Below, piece by piece: positions 9,957 to 19,411 of a DNA stretch of 64,000 nucleotides (its first letter is position 1; each line of letters starts with the position of its first letter). This DNA comes from a virus, in IMG/VR virus record IMGVR_UViG_3300017917_005108, positions 64,001-128,000 of that record. One strand, written 5' to 3'. Below the pieces are notes generated by a model. The model worked only from the letters and a program-made list of their open reading frames with translations. It was not told the DNA's origin and did not search any database. Made by a program: the position numbers and the translations under genes.

Positions 9957-10207
9957 TCTAAATTAGAAGTATATACAGGCAGTTTCTCATTTCTAATAGA
10001 AGAGATAAAATTATCTGCTTCTTTACAGCTAGTAAATGTTAATACAACTTTACTACCTATCTGATGAAGAAAATGATATTCAAATTTATTATCTACAGGT
10101 TTAATATAGATAAGCTTGTATATACCTTCCTTTAATGGATGATATTTTTTGGTTAACTTAAAATTAGTCTGATCTATTTTAAAATAGGTTCCGATGATGT
10201 AGTGCAT
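9953..10207 (-). CDS. Hypothetical protein
   Basis: ORF within an overlapping minus-strand operon. Confidence 0.55.
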   Translation of the reverse strand: MHYIIGTYFKIDQTNFKLTKKYHPLKEGIYKLIYIKPVDNKFEYHFLHQIGSKVVLTFTSCKEADNFISSIRNEKLPVYTSNLD

Positions 10208-10491
10208 GTTGTAATTTGAGTAAGACCTGTAGTGGTAGGAATATCTTTTTCGTGCATTTCAACTTCATCAACCATAGATTCAAATCGTTCTGTAATATAT
10301 TTTTGAAATGCTAGAGGTTTAATCCAATCAAAATCTTTACTATTATCAAGCTTCATTTGTTGAGCTTTTTTTGTTACTAATTCTATACCTTCAATAAGGC
10401 TTAACCATCTTGCATACTCCTGCAAAGACAGACTATGCTCTTTTGTTTTGGACTTAATGTTAATTACTTTTTTGGACATTTGAGATTGCAT
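10174..10491 (-). CDS. Hypothetical protein
   Basis: ORF within the operon. Confidence 0.6.
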   Translation of the reverse strand: MQSQMSKKVINIKSKTKEHSLSLQEYARWLSLIEGIELVTKKAQQMKLDNSKDFDWIKPLAFQKYITERFESMVDEVEMHEKDIPTTTGLTQITTCTTSSEPILK

Positions 10492-10903
10492 ATCCTATTA
10501 TTATCAGGAAAAGCTTACGGGCGTCAAATACTTTCTTATTTATTTTCAAGATAGTTAGAAAATTATCATAAAGCTTCATGCTACTCTCAAAGCTCTTGCA
10601 AATGTTGTCTAAATTTTCATTAATAATGTCTTGTTTCTCCACTTCAACATATGACTCTTTGAGAGTATTCTTTATAAAGGTGGTATAAAGGTAGAATACA
10701 TTTTTTATAAATGTAGCATCATCATTATTAGACGATTTATAAAAATTAAAGCCAAGATCAAAATACTTCTTGAGATCTGATGGTACTGCATCAGAAACAG
10801 TGTCAAGTAGTTTTGCTGTGTCTAGTACTGGCGGTTTTTGAGGGTTGAGAGGAGATGAAGCAACCTCTGTTGTAATTGCTTCAATACTGTTGTTTGATTG
10901 CAT
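10460..10903 (-). CDS. Hypothetical protein
   Basis: ORF within the operon. Confidence 0.6.
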   Translation of the reverse strand: MQSNNSIEAITTEVASSPLNPQKPPVLDTAKLLDTVSDAVPSDLKKYFDLGFNFYKSSNNDDATFIKNVFYLYTTFIKNTLKESYVEVEKQDIINENLDNICKSFESSMKLYDNFLTILKINKKVFDARKLFLIIIGYAISNVQKSN

Positions 10904-11309
10904 TTGTTAAAATATCTGGCTTAGTTGTATCGGTATCAAGAATTGGTTCTGTTGCTATAGCTGTATAAGCATCAGCAAAAACGGATACTGTCTTGTTGCA
11001 TTCTCTACATTTATATTTGTTCTCTGTATTAAATCTAAAGGGTATAATATCTCTAATCTTCTCATGACAAGGGCACTCCACTACAACACCTTGGTAGGAA
11101 AATTCTTTTATCCTTTCGTTTTCTAGCTTTTTGTTTTGAAGGTTTATATATGCATTTACAAACTGTGATATTGCATAACTAAAGATAAATTGAAATGAAG
11201 CACCAAACGCTAATCCAAAAATAAAGTTTAACCCAAAATGGCTGAAAATACAACCAAAGGCAATTGTAAGAAATACAAATAAACTGGCTCTAAATATAAC
11301 TGACCCCAT
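10881..11309 (-). CDS. Membrane protein with two N-terminal TM segments and a C-terminal Zn-ribbon
   Basis: Hydrophobic residues ~5-52; 'CPCH...CRECNK'. Confidence 0.6.
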   Translation of the reverse strand: MGSVIFRASLFVFLTIAFGCIFSHFGLNFIFGLAFGASFQFIFSYAISQFVNAYINLQNKKLENERIKEFSYQGVVVECPCHEKIRDIIPFRFNTENKYKCRECNKTVSVFADAYTAIATEPILDTDTTKPDILTNAIKQQY

Positions 11310-11701
11310 TAACTAATATTAACGGTAATTTTTAAATTATCAAGGCTATTTACTGCTTTAGTTATTGATTTGGAAGCATCTTCTAAACTTTTCAAAGCTT
11401 CTTGTAGGTTTTGAGCATTATTGTCTTCACTAAAAATAGGAAAAGAGTTGGAGTTTTTAACCAAACTTAAAGCTATACTTAAATTAGCAATTACTGTTCC
11501 TAAAGAAGGAATTAGATTGGGTAATGGATATGGTAATGCATTATTGTTAACTACTTTATTAGGATACTGATCAGATTCATTTGGTCTTCCTAGCAAATCC
11601 CTTAAAAAAACCTTTTGGGCATTAAATTCTCTTGAAGCTATACCTTGTACCCATTTATTATAATTCATTACAGAATCTTCGTTAATAACGGTATTATTCA
11701 C
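11309..11701 (-). CDS. Hypothetical late protein
   Basis: GTG start 5 nt after TAAATA (11712-11707). Confidence 0.65.
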   Translation of the reverse strand: MNNTVINEDSVMNYNKWVQGIASREFNAQKVFLRDLLGRPNESDQYPNKVVNNNALPYPLPNLIPSLGTVIANLSIALSLVKNSNSFPIFSEDNNAQNLQEALKSLEDASKSITKAVNSLDNLKITVNIS

Positions 11702-11733
11702 AGAAATATTTAATCAAACAAATAAATAATTGT

Positions 11734-12156
11734 ATGGAATTGTTTAAAAAGGCGTTTAGCCTATCTTTAGAAGCTGTTGATAATGATGTAGAAGATATTG
11801 AAGCTGCTGGTAAAGCAGCAGCACCTTCTAGTGATAAAGAAGCTATGGCACAAAAGCTAGATACAGCAAAGCCAAATGATTTTGATGTAAAAGGAACTAC
11901 AGTTACAAATGTAGATGCTATTAAGAGAGAGCAGCAAGTAAAGCTTAAGAATTGGATAGGAAAGATAGATGAATTTATAGAATACTTGAATGGTACTAAT
12001 AATGATTCTATTCAAACTCAATTGCATTCCGCTGTATGTGAAACAATGTTTCAAGATATAGCTAGAAGTGAGAAAAAGAAAATAGCTAGATTAGCAGCAG
12101 AATTAAGCTCTTTAAGTGAGTCATTAAAGGGCTATCTTATCTCTTCCAACGATTAA
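11734..12156 (+). CDS. Hypothetical late protein (possible virion internal protein)
   Basis: TAAATA at 11723-11728; starts MELFKKAFSLSLE. Confidence 0.65.
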   Translation: MELFKKAFSLSLEAVDNDVEDIEAAGKAAAPSSDKEAMAQKLDTAKPNDFDVKGTTVTNVDAIKREQQVKLKNWIGKIDEFIEYLNGTNNDSIQTQLHSAVCETMFQDIARSEKKKIARLAAELSSLSESLKGYLISSND

Positions 12157-13180
12157 TATCTACCATTAGAAGGTCAGCCTTCAAACCAGAGTAGGAATTC
12201 TCTTTTATAAAGTCTGGTGAAATACTATCTAGGTTTTTTGCTATACAGTATTCATTAATATCCTTAAATGTCTTACCCATTTTTTCTGGCCATATAAAAA
12301 CAGTACACCCTTTATCTATAAGTTTTTTTGTCTTCTTTCTACTAGCACTATCATTCCACTGACTGTCGAGTACCCATATTTTTTTATATAGTTTAAAGTC
12401 ATTAATCTGCTCTTCTTGTATCTTAGTAAAGGTATTAGAACTATTTTCTTGAACACCTGCAACTGCAGTACCATTTTTAATAAAAAATGAATCAATTGGA
12501 CCTTCAAATATAAAAATAGAATCTAAATTTGAACTAATATTGTTGATATTATAGAGAGATTTATCACTATTTACTTTTGAGAGATATTTGGGATAAAGAC
12601 GTGTATCGTCATTTAGTATTGTACGTGATTGATAAAATACAATATTATTATTTTTATCATAGAAAGGTATTACTAGTCTGTTTTTATGAACTCTATCAGT
12701 GAGAGAAATCCAAAGGGTTTTAGGTTTGTTTATAGCAGTATCGAGTCTTCTTTTTTTAATTAGTTTGATAGCTTCACTGACAATAGAGTTATCTTTATAA
12801 TAATTTACTTGCTGTTCATCAAAAAGATTAATTGAGTCTTTAGGAAGGGTATCTGTAATAATTTTCTTTTGGGTATCAGGTTTTTCTAGAAGTAGATCTA
12901 ACGGTAATATATCATAGTTTTTAGATTCTTCATATATTTCTTTTGGTGTTAACCCTGCAACAGTTTCAATCCATTTAGATGGGTTACTATGCCAGCCACA
13001 ATTATGACAGCATATATAATTTTTCTCTATAATAAAATAGCATCTGCGCTTTCTACCCCATGACTTGCCTTCTCTACAGATAGGGCAGCCAGCTTCGTAT
13101 ACATTGGTTATCTTTTTAAATTTTGGATAGCCAGCGTATTGATAGAACTTTTGAACTACATAGTCCTTAGGTAGAATCAC
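12137..13180 (-). CDS. 61: DNA primase (gp61)
   Basis: Zn finger 'CPIC...CHNCG', 'RLVIPFY', 'YQSR', TOPRIM 'FEGPIDS', 'KDINE'. Confidence 0.92.
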   Translation of the reverse strand: MILPKDYVVQKFYQYAGYPKFKKITNVYEAGCPICREGKSWGRKRRCYFIIEKNYICCHNCGWHSNPSKWIETVAGLTPKEIYEESKNYDILPLDLLLEKPDTQKKIITDTLPKDSINLFDEQQVNYYKDNSIVSEAIKLIKKRRLDTAINKPKTLWISLTDRVHKNRLVIPFYDKNNNIVFYQSRTILNDDTRLYPKYLSKVNSDKSLYNINNISSNLDSIFIFEGPIDSFFIKNGTAVAGVQENSSNTFTKIQEEQINDFKLYKKIWVLDSQWNDSASRKKTKKLIDKGCTVFIWPEKMGKTFKDINEYCIAKNLDSISPDFIKENSYSGLKADLLMVDINRWKR

Positions 13181-13215
13181 ACTTCTATTATACTAGAAAT
13201 TACAACAAAGTAAAC

Positions 13216-13404
13216 TTATTTCTTTTCTGGAGGAGGCAAATCTCTCACAGAGACAACGCCTTTTTGAATAAAAGCACCACTTGCTGGATCAATCCATTCA
13301 GCTTCTGTAATTTCCTTCTGTCCGCGAATGTAAGTACGTAGTCTAGGTTTTACAGGCTGACCGCTAATCGGTGAATTTATGATTTTTGGCTGAACCATAT
13401 TCAT
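13216..13404 (-). CDS. Small hypothetical late protein
   Basis: TAAATA (13415-13410) 5 nt before ATG. Confidence 0.65.
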   Translation of the reverse strand: MNMVQPKIINSPISGQPVKPRLRTYIRGQKEITEAEWIDPASGAFIQKGVVSVRDLPPPEKK

Positions 13405-13408
13405 ATAA

Positions 13409-13699
13409 CTATTTACTCTCTAATGCAGGAATTCTATACTCAGAAATGTTTTTATTATATTGTAATTTGCAGATATTATAGACTTTTTTAGGCAATCTTT
13501 CAACTATGTCAATTATTTTGCTATCTAGACCAAGCTTAAATTTGTCTGTAGGTACCGTTCTAATTTTCATATCTGGAAGAGATAGAAAGTAATACATATC
13601 TCCTTTTTTTTCAATATGCACAAAAAGTTCACCTAGGTACGTGCCTTTTGTAATAGCGTACACAGTGCCTTCTTTAGGATGTTTTTTTGAAAAAATCAT
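13409..13699 (-). CDS. Hypothetical protein
   Basis: ORF coupled to the upstream gene. Confidence 0.6.
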   Translation of the reverse strand: MIFSKKHPKEGTVYAITKGTYLGELFVHIEKKGDMYYFLSLPDMKIRTVPTDKFKLGLDSKIIDIVERLPKKVYNICKLQYNKNISEYRIPALESK

Positions 13700-14544
13700 A
13701 AATTAGCTTTAAGCTGTTTTACTGCTTGTTCTACTGAACTAAATGTATCAGATAAACTATAACCTATGTTAGAAATTTTAGTTGAAGATAGTACGCAGTT
13801 TGATCTGCCAGCTATAATATTAAGGTCTTTTATTTCCACAAATCTCCAATTAGGGTTAACAAGATTATTCTTTTTAAATATTTCAATAATTTGTTGAGCA
13901 TTAATTTTCTGTGAATTAACTACATTAAAGATACCTGGATAAAACTTGTTAATCATTTTGTATATAAAGTTGCAAAGATCATTGACATTAGTCAAGCTAT
14001 TATCAAAACTAATTAGATCGTTATACTTATATAATTTATAGAGATAGTTTTTATTCTCAGGGTTACCGTCAAAAGGCATTCTAATTCTAAGTATAGAAGA
14101 GTTTGTGAAGTCAAATATGGTTTCAAGAATATGCTTTGTCTTTGAATAAAAACTTGAATCGGGATTAAAGAGGCCAAAATTAGGAATGTCATTTTCTGTA
14201 AACTGTTTCTCGTACCCAGTATATATACACCCACTAGATACACATATATGATTAATCTTATACTCTGTACAGAGCTTGTTAATTAATAGACCTATTTTTA
14301 CGTTATAATAATAACACAATTCTTTATTTGACTCACATCCATCTACATTAGGCGATCCTGTATATCCACTGCAATTAACTACACAGTCAAAAACACCATT
14401 AGAAAGTATTCTTCTCAATTCAGATTCAGAAGTATAATCTAAGATTTTTTGTGAATATGCTGTTACTACAACATTCTTTTCTTCTAGAAATGTCTTAAGT
14501 TTTGAGCCTATATAGCCAAGGCCTAAAATAAGTACTCGAGGCAT
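13696..14544 (-). CDS. NDP-4-keto-6-deoxyglucose epimerase/reductase (RmlD-like, NRS/ER-type; rhamnose synthesis)
   Basis: 'GLGYIG', 'GYTGSPNVDGCE', 'SSGCIY', 'SFYSKTK' (YxxxK), 'LRIRMP', 'RSNCVLS'. Confidence 0.8.
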   Translation of the reverse strand: MPRVLILGLGYIGSKLKTFLEEKNVVVTAYSQKILDYTSESELRRILSNGVFDCVVNCSGYTGSPNVDGCESNKELCYYYNVKIGLLINKLCTEYKINHICVSSGCIYTGYEKQFTENDIPNFGLFNPDSSFYSKTKHILETIFDFTNSSILRIRMPFDGNPENKNYLYKLYKYNDLISFDNSLTNVNDLCNFIYKMINKFYPGIFNVVNSQKINAQQIIEIFKKNNLVNPNWRFVEIKDLNIIAGRSNCVLSSTKISNIGYSLSDTFSSVEQAVKQLKANL

Positions 14545-14574
14545 TAGAATAGTTTAAAGTATAAAAAAACTATA

Positions 14575-14895
14575 TCAACTATCTTCTCTATTATTACAAT
14601 GTATAAAGAATTTATTAACTAACGTAGCAAGAGAATCGGCTTCTTGCTGATTGTGTGCAGATATAATATTGATTGGCTCACCGTTTTCAGTATAACCTAA
14701 AATAATAAAACAGTTTAAAAACTCTTGAATAGTGTTAGTTAATGCTTCTAGATCTTTACGCTTCTCAACCTTTTCTTTAAGCTTTCCAGATAGAAAATTA
14801 TAAATCGCTTTGTTTGTAAGTTCTTTTACTTCTTCGTGTTTTGAAGGGTCAAAGTCGTTTAAATCACTTTGCGAGTTCTTTTGGTTCTTCTTCAT
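14575..14895 (-). CDS. Hypothetical protein
   Basis: ORF; TAAATA 6 nt upstream. Confidence 0.65.
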   Translation of the reverse strand: MKKNQKNSQSDLNDFDPSKHEEVKELTNKAIYNFLSGKLKEKVEKRKDLEALTNTIQEFLNCFIILGYTENGEPINIISAHNQQEADSLATLVNKFFIHCNNREDS

Positions 14896-15247
14896 TTAAA
14901 GTATTTAATGATCTATTACTGCTATATCTGTTTTTTCCAGGGTAGTCAGAATTACAAATACCATGTTTTATAAGAAAATCTACAACTACTTGCATACTGT
15001 CAGTCTTTAGGTAGAAGTTCTTTGGTATATTAACACCACCGTCATCTAATTCAAAAAGCGTTTCACCAATTTCTGTTTTATTTGTATAACAAGTACAAAT
15101 AACAGAGTTAAAGCTAGGATTTATCATTACTGTCCATCTTCTAGGATCTGCCTTGCTATATACAGAGAATAATCTTATTACAACAAAACCATTATCTCTA
15201 AGTCTTTTGATAAAATACCCTGGTGTTCTTAATTTATTTTTTGACAT
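14864..15247 (-). CDS. Hypothetical protein
   Basis: ORF immediately downstream of the clamp gene. Confidence 0.65.
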   Translation of the reverse strand: MSKNKLRTPGYFIKRLRDNGFVVIRLFSVYSKADPRRWTVMINPSFNSVICTCYTNKTEIGETLFELDDGGVNIPKNFYLKTDSMQVVVDFLIKHGICNSDYPGKNRYSSNRSLNTLNEEEPKELAK

Positions 15248-15248
15248 A

Positions 15249-15980
15249 TTAATTAGCTAATGCTGAAACAATAAACTTAATATCTGTATTAGGTAGGTTT
15301 GTTTCAAACACATATACTCCTATTTTTGTAGAAAATGAACATTTTAAGTCTTTGAATCTCATAGAAGAAATTATTCTAAAAATTTCAAAGTTCAACGGCG
15401 TGGGTATGGCTAGCTGTGGCCCAGTATAATCAGAAGAAATCTGTAGACCATATGAGTCTACATTTGGCCTTGTCTTGTCTGTTAATTCACCAGTAACAAA
15501 ATTATCCTTAAAGCTAAGATATATCTTATTAGTATCTGTGGCTATAGAACTTCCTTTAATTAACTTAATCAAATCTGCATACGTAAGAGTGAATTTACCG
15601 TCAAACTGCAGGTTATTAAGTTTATCCATGCTAAGTTTTGGTACAGTAATAATGCCGTTCTCAAACAAATGGTATTTAAATCTGACATCTGCAGATTTGT
15701 AAGATAGAGAATTATTATCAAGCGTTAACTCAATACTATCTTTATCAATAACTGAAATAATACGTGTAAGCTTTGATAGGTCAGGTATATTAAGCGTTGT
15801 ATCGACTAGCTCGTCTTCTGTGGTATACTGTGCATTTAATATAATTGTATTATCTGAGGTTGAGATAAGTGTTGAGATTTTTTTATCTTTTAGCTTAAAG
15901 ACAGCGCTATTAGTAACCTTGCTTACTGGTATTAGAAAGTTATTTAAAAACCCGTTTCTATCTTTAACTGAAACAATCAT
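15249..15980 (-). CDS. 45: Sliding clamp (gp45-like)
   Basis: 243 aa with a two-repeat beta-rich pattern; 'LNIPDLSKL', 'RFKYHL', 'DKT'; replication gene context. Confidence 0.65.
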   Translation of the reverse strand: MIVSVKDRNGFLNNFLIPVSKVTNSAVFKLKDKKISTLISTSDNTIILNAQYTTEDELVDTTLNIPDLSKLTRIISVIDKDSIELTLDNNSLSYKSADVRFKYHLFENGIITVPKLSMDKLNNLQFDGKFTLTYADLIKLIKGSSIATDTNKIYLSFKDNFVTGELTDKTRPNVDSYGLQISSDYTGPQLAIPTPLNFEIFRIISSMRFKDLKCSFSTKIGVYVFETNLPNTDIKFIVSALAN

Positions 15981-16011
15981 TTAAACTATTCTAAAATAAA
16001 ATTTTAGAAGA

Positions 16012-16464
16012 TCAACTGTCTTGATTGCTCAGAATCTTATCCAGCTTGTTCTCTAATGATTCTACTTTAACTAAAAGTTTGTCGACAATATTATAAATTT
16101 TCTGCGCTGTTGCACTGTTATCAAAATCAAACTCCAATTGATTACTATCTACTCCTGGTTGTTGATATGTAATATTAGCGCTTTGTTCTATAATATTATT
16201 ATTTGGTTGTTGATAGATTGTTGCAGCAGGTTGAACGTAAGCTGAGGGTTGAGATTGCTGTCTAGGTACAGAAATCTGTACACTTTGACGGGGTACAGGA
16301 ATAGACTTAACAACCTCTACCGGGTTCATAGTTAACCCTTGTAATGTTGGGTTTTTGTCTATAACTCTACTATCAAGATCTTTAAGAGCACCTAAGTTTT
16401 GACCAATAAATTGAATAGTGGCCAATCTTACTTCTTCAGCTGTAGGTTCTCTAAATGCTGTCAT
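16012..16464 (-). CDS. Hypothetical protein with a Gln/Pro-rich linker and C-terminal coiled coil
   Basis: ORF; 'QLEFDF' motif. Confidence 0.65.
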   Translation of the reverse strand: MTAFREPTAEEVRLATIQFIGQNLGALKDLDSRVIDKNPTLQGLTMNPVEVVKSIPVPRQSVQISVPRQQSQPSAYVQPAATIYQQPNNNIIEQSANITYQQPGVDSNQLEFDFDNSATAQKIYNIVDKLLVKVESLENKLDKILSNQDS

Positions 16465-16466
16465 TA

Positions 16467-17333
16467 TTATAGATCTTCAAGCAGTTTCTGTAAAGATTCA
16501 TCTTCTGCAGTTGAAGTGCTAGATGGCTTAGTAGTCTCAACCTTTACAGCTTCTGTCTTCGGTGTAGGAAGACTAGCATTTTTAGTCTTTGCTGATTCGT
16601 CTTTTTCAACTACATCAACATCTACGTTGCAATGATAATGCTTGCTGAGTAGATCTTTTAATTCATCATACGACTTAACAGTAAGGTATGATTCAAGATC
16701 AAATACACTGTTATAAATCTTGCTATATGAATCTTCATCTAGACCTTCAACTTCTTTAGGGGAGGTAAACTTAGAGGAAACATATGTAGGATAGTCACCC
16801 TGCTTTTCTACCTTAATCTTAAAGTTTACGCCTTTAGGGCTTAAATCAAAAATACGAGGGCCAAGTTCTTCTGCTTCTTCACCCTGCATTGCATCCATAA
16901 TAATCTTATGAAGCTGGCGACCAAAACGAAGAATTTTAACTTTATTGTTATTCTCTTCGTTCACTGGGTCATTGATAACATAACAGTTAACAAGCCAACG
17001 CTCTGTACGTACAATGCCTTTTGCCTTTTCCTTCTCCTTATCAGTACCGTTTCTTAAGATTCTATAACGCTCCTCAGCAATAGGATCACGCTGATTCCAG
17101 GTGGTAGGGCTTACTGCAGTAATAAGCTGACCAGTAGAAAAGCTATTCCAGCCATAGGAATAGTAGTGCAAAAAGGTTTTAGTAGGATCCTTGGTAAAGG
17201 GTAGAAGTCTAACCGTATAAGTATTGCCTACCTCAGTGCGTAAAAAGTCCTTAATCTTATTTGAACTATTGCTAGTTTCTTTAGTGAGAGCCGATCTAAT
17301 GCTTTCAAACATCGAGTTGGTAATGGAATTCAT
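16467..17333 (-). CDS. 32: Single-stranded DNA-binding protein (gp32-like)
   Basis: 'VRLLP', 'NCYVINDPVNEENNNKVKILRFG', 'FDL...GVNFKIK', 'Y..SKF', 'KSYDELK', acidic tail. Confidence 0.88.
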   Translation of the reverse strand: MNSITNSMFESIRSALTKETSNSSNKIKDFLRTEVGNTYTVRLLPFTKDPTKTFLHYYSYGWNSFSTGQLITAVSPTTWNQRDPIAEERYRILRNGTDKEKEKAKGIVRTERWLVNCYVINDPVNEENNNKVKILRFGRQLHKIIMDAMQGEEAEELGPRIFDLSPKGVNFKIKVEKQGDYPTYVSSKFTSPKEVEGLDEDSYSKIYNSVFDLESYLTVKSYDELKDLLSKHYHCNVDVDVVEKDESAKTKNASLPTPKTEAVKVETTKPSSTSTAEDESLQKLLEDL

Positions 17334-17363
17334 ATTAAAATAATAGTATATAGAGAGATAATA

Positions 17364-18005
17364 TCAAGCATTTTCTTTAATTTTTTTTATACCTTGTTCT
17401 ACAAAAACTTTACACTTTTTAGAATTTAGAAACTTTACCTTAAAAGTGTCAAAATTATTAACAAAATCCTCACCAAGCATAAATCTAACTACTTCTAAAT
17501 CTGATTTTTTAAAATTTTTTTCAAATGTATTAAAACCAAATAATGAATAAATGTTAATTTTTCTTTCTTTTAAGTGTATTAAGAAATAATGTAAATTGTT
17601 AGATACTTTATCAGTATATAGTTCTAATGGAATGTTTTCTTTACTGCAAAACTCTCTTATAAAAAGAAGAGAATTTTTTGTAAAAGCTAACTGTTCATCT
17701 GAATCGGGGTCAAGCTTTTCTCTTTGTTTTTGTACAATTGTATATGCTTTAGTAGCTTTTAATGTAGAGAAGTGTTTAAGATCTAAAAACGGCGAATCTT
17801 TATACACAATAAATGATGCACTAAAAAAATCTTCAGGCTTAACTTCTTTATTTCTATTGAAGAAATTAACTATCTTTTTCAAATATACAAATGCTTCGTC
17901 GTTTAAAGTAGAAAAATCTTTTCTAAGCTTATAAGGCTTATTATTATTTGATCTTAAGACTTTTAGATATGTGTTGTATATGTACTTGTCGAAATCTGTT
18001 ACCAT
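17364..18005 (-). CDS. Hypothetical protein, possibly a gp59-like helicase loader
   Basis: Size, basic helical composition and position next to gp32; sequence support is weak. Confidence 0.35.
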   Translation of the reverse strand: MVTDFDKYIYNTYLKVLRSNNNKPYKLRKDFSTLNDEAFVYLKKIVNFFNRNKEVKPEDFFSASFIVYKDSPFLDLKHFSTLKATKAYTIVQKQREKLDPDSDEQLAFTKNSLLFIREFCSKENIPLELYTDKVSNNLHYFLIHLKERKINIYSLFGFNTFEKNFKKSDLEVVRFMLGEDFVNNFDTFKVKFLNSKKCKVFVEQGIKKIKENA

Positions 18006-18208
18006 TTATAATACTTCCACTTGTTCCTAAGAACTTGTGGCTTTATCTTTTTCAGCATGCTTGGTTTGAGGTATGTACGTTTAAGGCGAAGCTCTTCCAT
18101 AATAAAAGATCTGCTTACTTCGCTTGAAAACTTTTTTAACATTCTTTCAAAATATTCTTTATCAGAACATCTTTCTTTCTTTAATTTTACTTCGGCTTTT
18201 ATAATCAT
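17999..18208 (-). CDS. rpsU: Phage-encoded ribosomal protein bS21
   Basis: 'FERMLKKF...V....IMEELR....YLKPS' matches the bS21 pattern (E.ALRRFK..V...G...E.R....YEKPS); 69 aa, basic. Confidence 0.75.
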   Translation of the reverse strand: MIIKAEVKLKKERCSDKEYFERMLKKFSSEVSRSFIMEELRLKRTYLKPSMLKKIKPQVLRNKWKYYKW

Positions 18209-18480
18209 ATTGAGTTAAAGTTTTTGGAATTTATAAATTTCATTATATATTTACTCTTATACAATGTTGAATCAAATTGTAAAAAGTACTTAAGAGCATA
18301 GTAGTCATTTTTAAAGTCGCAATAATTCTTTAAAAGATCTCTGAATTTTTTATTTTTTAGTACAAGTAAGAATACATTAGCTAGATTCAATTTTTTTGTA
18401 TCAAGTAGTGTACAGAATGTACAGAAAGACAAGAAAAGATGATTTACTTCGTAGTGTGTTATTTTTTCTGATGGGTCCAT
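18205..18480 (-). CDS. Hypothetical protein
   Basis: ORF with ATGA overlap to bS21. Confidence 0.65.
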   Translation of the reverse strand: MDPSEKITHYEVNHLFLSFCTFCTLLDTKKLNLANVFLLVLKNKKFRDLLKNYCDFKNDYYALKYFLQFDSTLYKSKYIMKFINSKNFNSI

Positions 18481-18481
18481 T

Positions 18482-19384
18482 TTAGTTTACCGGATAAAGA
18501 AGTTTTGTAATGTTAAGGAAGTTATCATTAACAGTTCCACCTGCTACAAATGCATCACCACCTCCATTAAAAAGTTTTTTAGCAAAATTTCCTAAATGAA
18601 CATCTACGCTTTTCTTTTTTCTTATACTTAGATTATTTGTTTTTAAATTTACACTTATTACTATATCACAATTATACTTGTCAATCACCATTCTACATAT
18701 CTCTGAAGGGTGTAGCTCGTTAAATGTACTGCATACAGAATACTGCTTACCGCCAATTTTTAAATCGCCCTTAAAAATTTTCAAAGAATTAAAGTGTTCA
18801 TTTAGTTCATCGGTACATATTTTTACAAGAGACTGCTGACCTGTAGTAAATTTAGTAAAGCCATTACTAAACAAGTTATAAAAAGCTTTTGCTTTTTCAC
18901 CTACTAGTGTCCAATACAAGCAATTAAGCTGTAGTGTTTCAGGAAATTTTAGCTCATAGCTATCATAGTCGTCAATTAAAATTAATAACTTCTTTTGTTC
19001 GGGTGTGAGCGGTGTTTTAAATTTTTCTTTTAATTTTTTATAAATTAAGATAGTACAGCTTGAATATTCCTGTGATTCATTTTTAAGGTTTTTTGTGATT
19101 ATATCTTTTTCAGATGAAATAATTCTGTGGTTAATGTAGACTACATTAGGCAAATCTATAATATCTTTACAGCTTTCAATAACAGCTAAATCGCAAATAT
19201 AAATTTTTTTATATTCGTCTTTATTTTTTAACTGTGAAAATTCGTCTCTAAATTTTTTTTCTGTTGTTTGTATAACTTTAAAATCTTTACCAATAAAATT
19301 TCTAAACACATAGTACACACCTGCGCCATCTAAGTCTATATCTGTAAATAGAACTATACTAGGATTAGATGAGGTCTCCACCAT
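18482..19384 (-). CDS. DHH/DHHA1-family phosphoesterase with degenerate catalytic motifs
   Basis: 'DIDLDG', 'ICDL', 'NHR' in place of DHH, 'DDYD', 'SIR', 'GGGDAFVAGG'. Confidence 0.7.
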   Translation of the reverse strand: MVETSSNPSIVLFTDIDLDGAGVYYVFRNFIGKDFKVIQTTEKKFRDEFSQLKNKDEYKKIYICDLAVIESCKDIIDLPNVVYINHRIISSEKDIITKNLKNESQEYSSCTILIYKKLKEKFKTPLTPEQKKLLILIDDYDSYELKFPETLQLNCLYWTLVGEKAKAFYNLFSNGFTKFTTGQQSLVKICTDELNEHFNSLKIFKGDLKIGGKQYSVCSTFNELHPSEICRMVIDKYNCDIVISVNLKTNNLSIRKKKSVDVHLGNFAKKLFNGGGDAFVAGGTVNDNFLNITKLLYPVN

Positions 19385-19411
19385 CTTATCTTATATAAAG
19401 GAAGACCTAAA

